NCBI GenBank assembly: GCA_027484575.1
Contig: JAIXSQ010000018.1
Span: forward strand, 98,700 to 162,699
Length of the DNA stretch: 64,000 nt
Source of the DNA: Comamonadaceae bacterium
Lineage (GTDB): Bacteria > Pseudomonadota > Gammaproteobacteria > Burkholderiales > Burkholderiaceae_C
Reading direction: 5' to 3'
Below are positions 20,680 to 29,055 of this stretch, in pieces. The translations under genes and the position numbers were made by a program. The number at the start of each line of letters is the position of its first letter. Position 1 is the stretch's first letter. A model generated the notes under the pieces. That model ran no database searches. It worked only from the letters and a program-made list of their open reading frames with translations, and was not told where the DNA came from.

Positions 20680-21251
20680 GCCGCGCCTGCCTGGGACTGG
20701 CACTGGTGCTGCTGCTGCTGCTGCCGCCGGCCTGGGGGCGCAGCCTGTACCAGGAGAGCCAGTGGCGGGGCCTGACGGCCGACCAGAAGGCCTTCCGCGT
20801 CGGCGACGTGCTCACGGTGCAGGTGCTGGAGACCAGCAGCGCAAGCACCAGCGCGGACACCGGCACCCGGCGCGGCAACGGCCTGCGGGCCGACCTGTCG
20901 CACGGCGCGAGAAGCGTGGGCCAGGCCCAGCTGCAGGTCGCGGGCGACTTCGACGGCGGCGGCCGAACCCAGCGGGCCAGCCGCCTGCTGGCCACCGTGA
21001 CCGTCACGGTCCAGGACGTCCTGCCCGGGGGGCAGCTGCGGATCTCGGGCACGCAGGCGATCCGCGTCAACGAGGAACTGCAGCAGGTCGCGGTCGAGGG
21101 CGTGGTGCGCACGCTCGACGTGAGCGATGGCAACGTCGTCCCCTCCACCCGCGTCGCCGATGCGCGGATCACCTACGTGGGCGAAGGCGACGTGTCGGAG
21201 CGCACCCGCCGCGCGTGGTGGCGCCGCCTGCTCGACGCGTTCGGGCTCTGA
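20676..21251 (+). CDS. flgH: flagellar L-ring protein FlgH (no lipobox cysteine)
   Basis: 191 aa. SLYQESQWRGLTADQKAFRVGDVLTVQVLETSSAS and the downstream ISGTQAIRVNEELQQVAVEGVVR match the FlgH core. The signal peptide ends in AWG|RS, not L-x-G-C. Confidence 0.85.
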   Translation: MSRACLGLALVLLLLLPPAWGRSLYQESQWRGLTADQKAFRVGDVLTVQVLETSSASTSADTGTRRGNGLRADLSHGARSVGQAQLQVAGDFDGGGRTQRASRLLATVTVTVQDVLPGGQLRISGTQAIRVNEELQQVAVEGVVRTLDVSDGNVVPSTRVADARITYVGEGDVSERTRRAWWRRLLDAFGL

Positions 21252-21253
21252 GC

Positions 21254-22390
21254 ATGGGCAGCCGCACGTTCCGCTCCCTGTGCCCGGCCGCGTGCGGCCT
21301 TGCACTGCTGCTCGCGTCGGCGACGGTGGCCGCCGCGACGGGCGGGGCGATGCGCGTCAAGGACCTGGGCAAGGTGCAGGGCTGGCGCGAGAACGTGCTG
21401 GTGGGCACCGGCATCGTCACCGGCCTGGCGGGCACCGGGGACTCTCCCGGCAGCCGCGCGACGCGCCAGGCCCTGTCCAACGTGCTGGCGCAGTTCCACC
21501 TGACCGTCCCGCCCGAGCAGGTGATCAGCCGCAACGTGGCGGTGGTGATGGTCAGCGCATCCCTGCCGCCCTTTGCACGCGAGGGTGACACGCTGGACGT
21601 GCAGGTGGCCTCCAGCGGCGATGCCCGCAGCCTCGTGGGTGGCAGCCTGCTGCTGGCGGCGCTGCGCGGGCCGGACGGCCGCGTCTATGCACTGGCCCAG
21701 GGGCCGGTGTCGGTGGGCGGGCACCGCTACGACGCCAACGGGAACGTGGTGCAGAAGAACCACCCCACGGCGGGATCGGTGCCGAACGGTGCGATCGTCG
21801 AGGTCGGCATCGCTGGCGCGGTGCCGCCGCCCGCCCAGGTCACCTTCGTGCTGGCCGAGCCCGATTACACGACCGCCGACCGGGTCGCCACGGCGATCAA
21901 CGCGCGCTTCGGTGCGCCCCTGGCGCGCGCACGGGACGCCTCGGGCATCGAGGTGGAGGTCCCCGCCGAAGGCCGTGGGGACCTGGTGCGGTTCCTGGCC
22001 CGGCTGCAGGACGTGCAGGTCGAGCCCGATCGACGGGCGCGCGTGGTCGTCAACGAGCGCACCGGAACCGTGGTGGCCGGGGGCGACGTGCGCATCTCGC
22101 GGGTGGCGATCTCGCATGGCGACCTGAAAGTCAGCGTCACCAACCAGGTCACGGCCTCGCAGCCGTCGTTCGTGTTCCGCACCGGCCCGGGCGTGGGCAC
22201 CGCGATCCTGAACAACACCCGGGTCGAGGTGCAGGAGCCCGAGGGCCTTGGCTACGTCGCGGGGGCGGGGACCGTCTCCGACCTCGTGCAAGCCCTGGCG
22301 CGGCTGAAGACGCCCACCCGCGACGTCATCTCGATCCTGCGCGCCGTCAAGGCAGCCGGCGCGCTCCATGCCGACCTGGTGATCCAGTGA
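21254..22390 (+). CDS. flgI: flagellar P-ring protein FlgI
   Basis: Part of ORF 20534..22390(+), starting at ATG 21254. A signal peptide is followed by MRVKDLGKVQGWRENVLVGTGIVTGLAGTGDS. The C-terminus reads DLVQALARLKTPTRDVISILRAVKAAGALHADLVIQ. Confidence 0.93.
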   Translation: MGSRTFRSLCPAACGLALLLASATVAAATGGAMRVKDLGKVQGWRENVLVGTGIVTGLAGTGDSPGSRATRQALSNVLAQFHLTVPPEQVISRNVAVVMVSASLPPFAREGDTLDVQVASSGDARSLVGGSLLLAALRGPDGRVYALAQGPVSVGGHRYDANGNVVQKNHPTAGSVPNGAIVEVGIAGAVPPPAQVTFVLAEPDYTTADRVATAINARFGAPLARARDASGIEVEVPAEGRGDLVRFLARLQDVQVEPDRRARVVVNERTGTVVAGGDVRISRVAISHGDLKVSVTNQVTASQPSFVFRTGPGVGTAILNNTRVEVQEPEGLGYVAGAGTVSDLVQALARLKTPTRDVISILRAVKAAGALHADLVIQ

Positions 22391-22406
22391 ACCTGCAGGA
22401 GACCCC

Positions 22407-22775
22407 ATGAGCGAACCCGTCGAGGCCACCACCACCCGCCTGCTGGGCCTGGCAGTGCACGCGGCGAGCCTGCGCCAGCAGGCAGCGGCCACCAACCTGG
22501 CGCAGGCCGCCACGCCGGGATGGCAGGCCTGGCGGGTGGAGTTCGAGGCCGGCCTCGCGCAGGCCCGGCAGGACCTGCTGGCTAGCGGCCGGGTGCGTCC
22601 CTCCAGCCTGGACGGCGTCCAGCCCCGGCTGGTGCGTACCGAGGCCCCGCCGGCCGCGCTGGATGGGGAACTGGCCGCTTTGGCGGGCCACATGGTGCAT
22701 GCCCAGGTGCTCTTGCAGGGCCTGTCCCGGCACCTGGCCCTGCTGTCCCAGGCCGCTGCGGACGGGAGGCGCTGA
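22407..22775 (+). CDS. flgB: flagellar proximal rod protein FlgB (divergent)
   Basis: 122 aa. The N-terminal ATNLAQAATPGWQA resembles the rod-protein N-motif. It lies immediately upstream of flgC-fliE. Confidence 0.65.
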   Translation: MSEPVEATTTRLLGLAVHAASLRQQAAATNLAQAATPGWQAWRVEFEAGLAQARQDLLASGRVRPSSLDGVQPRLVRTEAPPAALDGELAALAGHMVHAQVLLQGLSRHLALLSQAAADGRR

Positions 22776-22776
22776 C

Positions 22777-23190
22777 ATGGACCACCTGGACGCGATCGCC
22801 GTCAGCGCCGCCGGGCTCGCACTCGAGCGCGCCCGCATCGAAGCCACGGCCCGCAACCTGGCCCATGCGGGCGTGCCGCAGGACCCAGCGGCACCGACCT
22901 TCGTGCCCCAGCGGGTCGTCAGCCGGGGCCCCGGCGCCTTCGACGACCTGGTGAAGGCCGCCGCGCCGCAGCACCGGCTGGAGCCGGCGGCGTCTTCGTG
23001 GCGACGGGTGCACGAACCAGGGCATCCGCTGGCGGATGCGCAAGGCATGGTGGCCTACCCCGCGATCGACACGGCGACGGAGATGGTCACCCTCATGGCT
23101 GCACTGCGTGCCTACGAGGCCAACCTCGCTGCCTTGGCGGCAGCCCGCACGCTGGCCCTGAAGACCTTGGACATCGGGAGGCAGCCATGA
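22777..23190 (+). CDS. flgC: flagellar proximal rod protein FlgC
   Basis: Part of ORF 22663..23190(+), starting at ATG 22777 (MDHLDAIAVSAAGLALERARIEATARNLAHAG). The C-terminus reads EMVTLMAALRAYEANLAALAAARTLALKTLDI. Confidence 0.85.
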   Translation: MDHLDAIAVSAAGLALERARIEATARNLAHAGVPQDPAAPTFVPQRVVSRGPGAFDDLVKAAAPQHRLEPAASSWRRVHEPGHPLADAQGMVAYPAIDTATEMVTLMAALRAYEANLAALAAARTLALKTLDIGRQP

Positions 23191-23486
23191 CCGTCGAGGC
23201 CGTCCCGGCCCTGGGCCTGCACGACGAGGTCGCCGCACCGGCCATCCGGACCGCCGGTGTGCCGGGGGCCGGCTTCGCGCGTGCGATCGCGCAGGGCGTG
23301 CAGGGGCTGGACCGCAGCCTGCAGGCCAGCCAGGCGGACCTGCAGGGGCTCGCCGTCGGGGAGGGCCCGCCCTTGCACGAGCTGATGGTGCGGCTGGAGT
23401 CCAGCCGCATCGCGCTGCAGTTCGCGCTGCAGGTGCGCAACCGTGCCCTGGAGGCGTACCAGGACGTGATGCGCATGCAGATCTGA
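23187..23486 (+). CDS. fliE: flagellar MS-ring/rod junction protein FliE
   Basis: Part of ORF 22998..23486(+), starting at ATG 23187, which overlaps the flgC stop. The C-terminus LHELMVRLESSRIALQFALQVRNRALEAYQDVMRMQI is a FliE signature. Confidence 0.88.
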   Translation: MTVEAVPALGLHDEVAAPAIRTAGVPGAGFARAIAQGVQGLDRSLQASQADLQGLAVGEGPPLHELMVRLESSRIALQFALQVRNRALEAYQDVMRMQI

Positions 23487-23492
23487 AGGCGG

Positions 23493-25001
23493 ATGGCGAT
23501 GCAAGACTGGTGGAACTCCCTGACCTCGGCAGCCCGCCGCTCTCTGCTCGGCGGTGCTGCCGCCGTGCTGCTGTTGATCGCCGGCCTCGGCTGGTGGCTG
23601 CTGCGCCCGCAGCAAGCGGTGCTGTTCTCCAGCCTGTCGACGCAGGACGCTGCCGTCCTGGCCCAGGAACTCGACCGGCAGAAGCTGGCGTACCGGGTGG
23701 CGGACGACGGCGGCACCTTGCTGGTCGACGCGGCCCAGGTCCATGCGACGCGGCTGCGCCTGATGGGACGCGATCTCCCCCTGCAGGGGGCCGTCGGTTT
23801 CGAGCTGTTCAACGGCTCCGAGATCGGCATGAGCGAGTTCGCCCAGAAGGTGCACTGGCAGCGGGCCCTGCAGGGGGAGCTCACGCGCACGATCCTGGCC
23901 TTCCCCGAGGTGCGGCAGGCCCGGGTGCATCTCGCCTTGCCGGAGCAGGGGCTGTTCCGCCAGTCGGTGCAGCCGCCCAAGGCGGCCGTCACCATCGGCC
24001 TGCGCCCCGGACGCAGCCTGCGGCCCGAGCAGGTCCAGGGCATCCAGCGCCTGCTGGCTGCGGCCGTCCCCGCGCTGGCGGTGCACGACGTGACCGTGCT
24101 CGACGAGCAGGGGATCGCCCTGAGCCGGCCGGCACGCCTGGACGGAGAGGGGGCCGCCGCGGGGCTGCTCGAGCTCAAGCGCGAGACCGAGGCCTACCTG
24201 GCCCGCAAGGCGATGCAGGTGCTGGACCGAAGCATCGGTCCCGGCTTGTCGCTCGCGAGCGTCGACGTGGTGCTGGCAGCCGACCAGGTGCGAACGACCA
24301 CCGAAGACGTGCTGCCTGCCCAGGGCCTGGGCCGCGCTGCCGCGGCCGGCGTGCTCGTGCGCGAGCGCGAGTCCCTGCGCGAGGGGATCCCCGACCGTGG
24401 GACCGAGGTCCGCACCGACCTGCGCGGGCCCGCCAGCAGCCAGCGCGATGCCGAGTACCAACCCGGCCGCCGGGTCGAGCAGGTCGTGAGCCAGCCGGGT
24501 GCCATCCGGCGCCTGCAACTGGTCGCGGTCGTGCAGCGCCCCCTGCCCGTGGACCATGCCGACGAACTGCGCCTGCTGCTGGCCGCAGCCGTGGGCGCCT
24601 TGCCGGAGCGGGGTGACCAGGTGCGCGTGCAGGTGGCACCGGCCGCGCCGGCCGTCCCGGTGCCAGGGAGCGCAGCCGACACCCCGGGGCTGGTCGGGGA
24701 CCGGGGCGCGATGCCATCGGCAACGCACAGGGCCCCCGCAGGTGACCCGCAGCGTTGGTGGCTCGTGGCACTCGACGGGGTGGCCATTGCCGCCGCGCTC
24801 GCGGCCGCATGGCTGCTGCTGCGTTCCCGGCATGCGCGGCGCGGGCGCCTGTCGCCTCCACAGCGGCAACTGGCACTCGGGCAGGTGCAGGCGTGGCTGG
24901 CCGATGTCCAGCCTCTTGGCGAGCCCGCCAGTGCCGGCACGGCGCGGCGGGCACCGGCCCAGCCGCGCGCGGCAGGGGCGCCCCAGGAGTGGCAACCATG
25001 A
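23493..25001 (+). CDS. fliF: flagellar MS-ring protein FliF
   Basis: 502 aa. An N-terminal TM segment is followed by a YscJ/FliF-family domain (VLFSSLSTQDAAVLAQELDRQKLAYRV...GAVGFELF...RALQGELTRTI). A second TM lies near the C-terminus with a cytoplasmic tail of about 60 aa. Confidence 0.9.
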   Translation: MAMQDWWNSLTSAARRSLLGGAAAVLLLIAGLGWWLLRPQQAVLFSSLSTQDAAVLAQELDRQKLAYRVADDGGTLLVDAAQVHATRLRLMGRDLPLQGAVGFELFNGSEIGMSEFAQKVHWQRALQGELTRTILAFPEVRQARVHLALPEQGLFRQSVQPPKAAVTIGLRPGRSLRPEQVQGIQRLLAAAVPALAVHDVTVLDEQGIALSRPARLDGEGAAAGLLELKRETEAYLARKAMQVLDRSIGPGLSLASVDVVLAADQVRTTTEDVLPAQGLGRAAAAGVLVRERESLREGIPDRGTEVRTDLRGPASSQRDAEYQPGRRVEQVVSQPGAIRRLQLVAVVQRPLPVDHADELRLLLAAAVGALPERGDQVRVQVAPAAPAVPVPGSAADTPGLVGDRGAMPSATHRAPAGDPQRWWLVALDGVAIAAALAAAWLLLRSRHARRGRLSPPQRQLALGQVQAWLADVQPLGEPASAGTARRAPAQPRAAGAPQEWQP

Positions 25002-25504
25002 TGCCGGCGGCGCATGCCACGTCCGCGGCCCGCCAGGCGGCACTCGCCGCGCATGCGTTGGACGACGAGGACCAGCGCTGGCTGCTGCAGGCCCTGCAGC
25101 CTGCGCATCGCGCCCTGCTGCTGCCGTTGCTCGACGAATTGAAGGCCCTGGGACTGCCCGCGGAGCCGGCCTGCCTCGAGGCGGCGCTGGAGCAAGGGCG
25201 TGCCAGCACGCACCCGGCCGCCAGCGCACCGCCTGCAGCGGCCGAGCAACTCGTCGCGCGGCTCGCGGCCGAGCCGGTCGCACTCGTCGACTGGGTGCTC
25301 CGACTGCAGCGCTGGCCCTGGGGCGACGTGCTGCGCTCGCGCGTGCCGGCAGCGGGGATCGCTGCGCCGGGCGGCGAGGCCCCCGCGCGGGACGCCTGGC
25401 TGCTCCAGCGGCTGGCCATGCTGACGGCTCCCGCACCCACACCACGCGCGTCGCCACTGGCGCGTTGGGTGCAGCGTTGGCGCGACAGCCGGGGGGCGCC
25501 ATGA
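24998..25504 (+). CDS. short hypothetical protein in the FliG position (possible FliG N/M-domain remnant)
   Basis: Part of ORF 24755..25504(+), starting at ATG 24998 (ATGA overlap with the fliF stop). It is 168 aa versus about 330 for FliG. Helical segments ([35 protein letters not shown]; LVARLAAEPVALVDWVLRLQRWPWGDVL) loosely resemble FliG ARM-like repeats. No C-terminal torque domain is present. Confidence 0.4.
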   Translation: MMPAAHATSAARQAALAAHALDDEDQRWLLQALQPAHRALLLPLLDELKALGLPAEPACLEAALEQGRASTHPAASAPPAAAEQLVARLAAEPVALVDWVLRLQRWPWGDVLRSRVPAAGIAAPGGEAPARDAWLLQRLAMLTAPAPTPRASPLARWVQRWRDSRGAP

Positions 25505-26244
25505 CGACGGCGCAGTGGGCGGACGCGGACGCGGGCGCGGTGCGGGTCGGCCGACTCGTGCCGGCGGGGCATGCCCGGCCGGTGCCACCGGGCGATGTCG
25601 ACGAAACCTGCGCCCGGGCCCGAGCGGCCGCCCATGCCCAAGGGCTGCGCGAGGGCTTGGAGGAGGGGCGGGCCCGAGGCCTCGAGCAGGGCCATGCCGA
25701 AGGGTGGGCGATCGGCAGGCAGGAGGCGCTCGCGGCAGCGGAACGCGCGGCGTCCTCCGCGGCGCAGGCGCAGTCCGAGGCACTGTCGGCCTGGACGCAG
25801 GCAGTCGCCGCGCTGCAGGCCCTGCGTCCGGCCCTGCTGCAGGAGGCGGAACGCGAGCTGGCGCTGGTGGCGGCCGAGGTGCTCGCGCGCCTGGTGGGTG
25901 AGGCCCTGGTGCAGCCGGCGTCCCTCGTCGCCCGCGTGGGCCGGCTGGTGCGCAGCCTGCCCGTTGCGGCCACCGCGGTGCGCTTGCATCCGGCGATGCT
26001 GGCCCACATCGACCAGGCCGATGGCGCGGGCTGGCGCTGGGTGGCCGATCCGACGCTCGGTCCCGGCGATTGCATGGTGGAGACCGCCGGGGGCTCGCTG
26101 GACGCGCGCCTGGAGGTGGTGCTGCAGGACTGCCTGAGGTCGGTGCACGCGGCCTGGCTGGCGAGCGATGCCGACGCCAGGCAGGCCGCGGCCGTGCGTG
26201 ACGGTGCCGCGGCCGCAGACCGGGCGGAGGCGGTCCCGTGCTGA
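25501..26244 (+). CDS. fliH: flagellar export ATPase regulator FliH
   Basis: Part of ORF 24499..26244(+), starting at ATG 25501. It has a charged coiled segment (AHAQGLREGLEEGRARGLEQGHAEGW) and a FliH/SctL-like C-terminal domain. The position upstream of fliI fits. Confidence 0.72.
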   Translation: MTTAQWADADAGAVRVGRLVPAGHARPVPPGDVDETCARARAAAHAQGLREGLEEGRARGLEQGHAEGWAIGRQEALAAAERAASSAAQAQSEALSAWTQAVAALQALRPALLQEAERELALVAAEVLARLVGEALVQPASLVARVGRLVRSLPVAATAVRLHPAMLAHIDQADGAGWRWVADPTLGPGDCMVETAGGSLDARLEVVLQDCLRSVHAAWLASDADARQAAAVRDGAAAADRAEAVPC

Positions 26245-27554
26245 ACCTGTGGCCGCACTGCCGGCACCACCTGGGCGAGGCGCCGTTCGTGCGGCGCTGG
26301 GGACGCGTGCGCGGTGTGCGCGGGGCGCTGGTGCAGGCCGACGGACCCTTCACGGCCGTGGGCGAATCGTGCCGGATCGAGACGGGCGGGGATGACGGGC
26401 TCTGGGCCCAGGTCGTCGGGCTGCGGGCGGGCCAGGCCGATCTCGTGGTCGACGGTGCCCTGCAGGGCATCCCGGTCGGCGCGCGGGTGCGGGCCCTGGG
26501 CCACACGACCCGGGTCCCGGTCGGGCCGGCCCTGCTGGGCCGGGTGCTCGATGCGCACGGGCTGCCACTGGATGGCGGCGACCCCCCGCTGTGCGGCGAC
26601 TGGGTGCCGCTCGAGGCCGAGGCGGCGGCGCCCCTGGACCGCCCTGTCATCAGCGAGGTGCTGGAGACGGGTGTGCGGCTGATCGATGTGGCGTTGACGC
26701 TCGGTCGCGGCCAGCGTGTCGGCCTGTTCGCCGGCAGCGGCGTGGGCAAGAGCTCGTTGCTCCTGGGCATCGTGGGGCACGTGGCCTGCGACGTCGCCGT
26801 CATCGCCCTGGTGGGCGAGCGCGGCCGCGAAGTCGGCGACCTCGTGCACCAGCTGGACGCCCGTGCACGTGCCCGCACCATCGTGCTGGCCGCCACGGCC
26901 GACCGCCCGGCGATGCAGCGGGTGCGGGTGGCGCACCGTGCCGTGGCCATCGCCCGGCACTTCGCGGCCCAGGGCCGCCATGTGCTGCTGGCCATCGACT
27001 CGCTGACGCGGCTGGCCATGGCGCGGCGCGAGATCGGGCTGGCCGCGGGTGAGCCGGCGACCGCACGCGGCTACACACCGTCGGCGCTGGCGGAACTGCC
27101 ACGCCTGGCCGAGCGCTGCGGAACGCAGCCCGGCGGCGGCGCGGTGACGGCGCTGTTCAGCGTGCTGGTGGAGGGCGACGACCTCCAGGACCCGGTGGTC
27201 GACACGCTGCGTGCCGCCCTCGACGGCCACATCGTCCTGTCGCGCGTCCTGGCCGACCAGGGCCAGCATCCGGCGATCTCGCTGGCCGACAGCGTCAGCC
27301 GCTTGCACAACCGCCTGGCCGATCCGGACGCGCAAGGCCTGGCCCTGCGGCTGCGCGAGATGCTGGCCCTGCTCGAACGCAGCCGCCCATTGGTCGATCT
27401 CGGCGCCTACCAGGCGGGGCAGAACCCGGCGCTGGACCGGGCGCTCGCCCTCGAGCCCGGGCTGCGGCGCTGGGCCGCCCAGGGGTCGGTGCGCGTGACG
27501 CGGGCCGAGGCGCTGCGCGATCTGGCCGCATTGCTCGGGCAGGAGGCGCCATGA
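26238..27554 (+). CDS. fliI: flagellum-specific ATPase FliI
   Basis: 438 aa with a GTG start. Walker A is GSGVGKSSLL and Walker B is HVLLAIDSLTR. The F1/T3SS-ATPase motifs are present throughout. Confidence 0.95.
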   Translation: MLNLWPHCRHHLGEAPFVRRWGRVRGVRGALVQADGPFTAVGESCRIETGGDDGLWAQVVGLRAGQADLVVDGALQGIPVGARVRALGHTTRVPVGPALLGRVLDAHGLPLDGGDPPLCGDWVPLEAEAAAPLDRPVISEVLETGVRLIDVALTLGRGQRVGLFAGSGVGKSSLLLGIVGHVACDVAVIALVGERGREVGDLVHQLDARARARTIVLAATADRPAMQRVRVAHRAVAIARHFAAQGRHVLLAIDSLTRLAMARREIGLAAGEPATARGYTPSALAELPRLAERCGTQPGGGAVTALFSVLVEGDDLQDPVVDTLRAALDGHIVLSRVLADQGQHPAISLADSVSRLHNRLADPDAQGLALRLREMLALLERSRPLVDLGAYQAGQNPALDRALALEPGLRRWAAQGSVRVTRAEALRDLAALLGQEAP

Positions 27555-28003
27555 GCGAAGCCTTGGTGCGCTGGATCGCGTGGCGCCGGCTGCAACGCGA
27601 TGCGCAGGGCCTGGAGCTCGCCCGGGCTGGTCGTGACGCCGGCCAGGCCTGTCGCTTGCTTGCGTGCCGCACGGAGGGTTGGCGCGCGTCGGCCGACGCC
27701 AGCCTGCTCGCCTGGCAGGGCAGGGCGGATCCCGCGCTGCGGGCCTGGCAGCTGGCCCAGCTGCGCGGACATGCCGCTGCGCTGGACGCCGCTGCGGTCG
27801 CGCACGCCGCTGCACAGGACCGCGCCGAGTCCCTCCAGGCCCGCGTCGTCGAAGCGGAGCGCGGCCTGCGGCTGCTGGAGACCGCCCTCGCGCGACATGC
27901 GCAGGCGCTCGCGCTGTCCCGGTCCCGCGCGGAGCAACGCATCGCCGATGCGGCGGCGCTGCACGCCTGGCAACGCCAGCGCCGGGAGGCATCGCCGTGC
28001 TGA
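27551..28003 (+). CDS. fliJ: FliJ-like export chaperone/stalk protein
   Basis: 150 aa, entirely helical and Arg/Ala/Gln-rich, directly after fliI with an ATGA overlap. The call rests mainly on size, composition and position. Confidence 0.5.
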   Translation: MSEALVRWIAWRRLQRDAQGLELARAGRDAGQACRLLACRTEGWRASADASLLAWQGRADPALRAWQLAQLRGHAAALDAAAVAHAAAQDRAESLQARVVEAERGLRLLETALARHAQALALSRSRAEQRIADAAALHAWQRQRREASPC

Positions 28004-28650
28004 TTCCTGCCCAGTGGTTCGCCCACACCGACCCGCAGGTCCCGATGGAGGCGCGGTTGGTGGACCCACACGCCGCGCCGCGCGGCGAGGGCTCGGGGCC
28101 CACCGCTCGCCGGTCGTGGGCAACAGCGTGGGACGCCGCGGCAGCGGACGGTCCGTGGGCCGGGCGGACGCCGTCGGGCCACGGGACACTGGCCCCAGCG
28201 CGCGACGCGGCGCCCAGCGTGGCCCCCCACCTCAGCGCCCCCCCGGGACGCGCCCCGTCCGTTCGTCCCTGCACTGCCACGCCTGGCAGCGGCACGCCAG
28301 CGCCCTTCCAGGCGCAGGCGCGGGCGCTATCGATCGATGCCAGCTCGGACGCAGCCGATCCGGGCGGACCCTCGACGATCCGGCCCCCAAGCCTGTCGGC
28401 CTGCGGCACGCCGGCCTGGCCACCGCAACCGCGCGTGCACGTCGAGCGCTGCGCAGGCGAGACCCGCATCTGGCTCGGCCTCCCCGCCGCCTGGGGCGGG
28501 CCCCAGGCGGCCGAACGCTGGCTGCCTGTCCTGCGCAAGCTGGCGTCCGGGTCCCAGGACTGCAGCGTCGTCTGCAACGGACGCACCCTGCTGCAGCACC
28601 GCACGGCAGCCCCCATCCCGTCACCACAGGAGCACACACCATGGACCTAG
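27997..28650 (+). CDS. hypothetical Pro/Ala-rich protein in the FliK (hook-length control) position
   Basis: In-frame part of ORF 27664..28650(+), starting at GTG 27997. It has a low-complexity Pro/Ala/Gly-rich centre. The C-terminal segment (RVHVERCAGETRIWLGLPA...WLPVLRKLASGSQDCSVV) weakly resembles the FliK/T3S4 C-domain pattern. Confidence 0.35.
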   Translation: MLIPAQWFAHTDPQVPMEARLVDPHAAPRGEGSGPTARRSWATAWDAAAADGPWAGRTPSGHGTLAPARDAAPSVAPHLSAPPGRAPSVRPCTATPGSGTPAPFQAQARALSIDASSDAADPGGPSTIRPPSLSACGTPAWPPQPRVHVERCAGETRIWLGLPAAWGGPQAAERWLPVLRKLASGSQDCSVVCNGRTLLQHRTAAPIPSPQEHTPWT

Positions 28651-29036
28651 GCCCCGTTGCCGCCGACCGGACGCCCGCGTCCCGGGTGCTCGGCCTGCAG
28701 GACTTCCTGCGCGTGCTGGTCACGCAGCTGAACTGGCAGGACCCGCTCAAGCCCATGGACAACCAGGCCTTCATGGCCCAGATGGCCCAGTTCACCGCGC
28801 TGGAGCAGGCGCAATCGCAGAACGAGAAGCTGGGTCGCCTGCTCGCCACGCAGTCCACCCTGCAGTCGGTGAGTCTCATCGGCCGGCAGGTCGAGGTGCA
28901 GGGCCCGCAGGGCACGCTCGCCGGCGTCGTGAGCGGCCTGCAGTTGCAGGGCGAAGCGCCCGTGTTCAGCCTCACCACCCCCGACGGCCGCGTGGTGCCC
29001 GAGATCACGCTCGACCGCCTGCTGGCCGTGCGCTGA
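28641..29036 (+). CDS. flgD: hook capping/assembly protein FlgD (short, 131 aa)
   Basis: Part of ORF 27600..29036(+), starting at ATG 28641. DFLRVLVTQLNWQDPLKPMDNQAFMAQMAQFTALEQ is the FlgD N-terminal signature. Confidence 0.85.
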   Translation: MDLGPVAADRTPASRVLGLQDFLRVLVTQLNWQDPLKPMDNQAFMAQMAQFTALEQAQSQNEKLGRLLATQSTLQSVSLIGRQVEVQGPQGTLAGVVSGLQLQGEAPVFSLTTPDGRVVPEITLDRLLAVR

Positions 29037-29055
29037 TGCCCTGACGGAGGACCCC

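Noticed and set aside
23112-28637. 1841-aa ORF on the minus strand spanning the fliE-to-flgD region
   Set aside because: It lies antisense to nine plus-strand genes that carry clear flagellar signatures. Its translation is Arg/Ala/Pro/Gly low-complexity with no motif. Long stop-free antisense frames are expected at about 70% GC.
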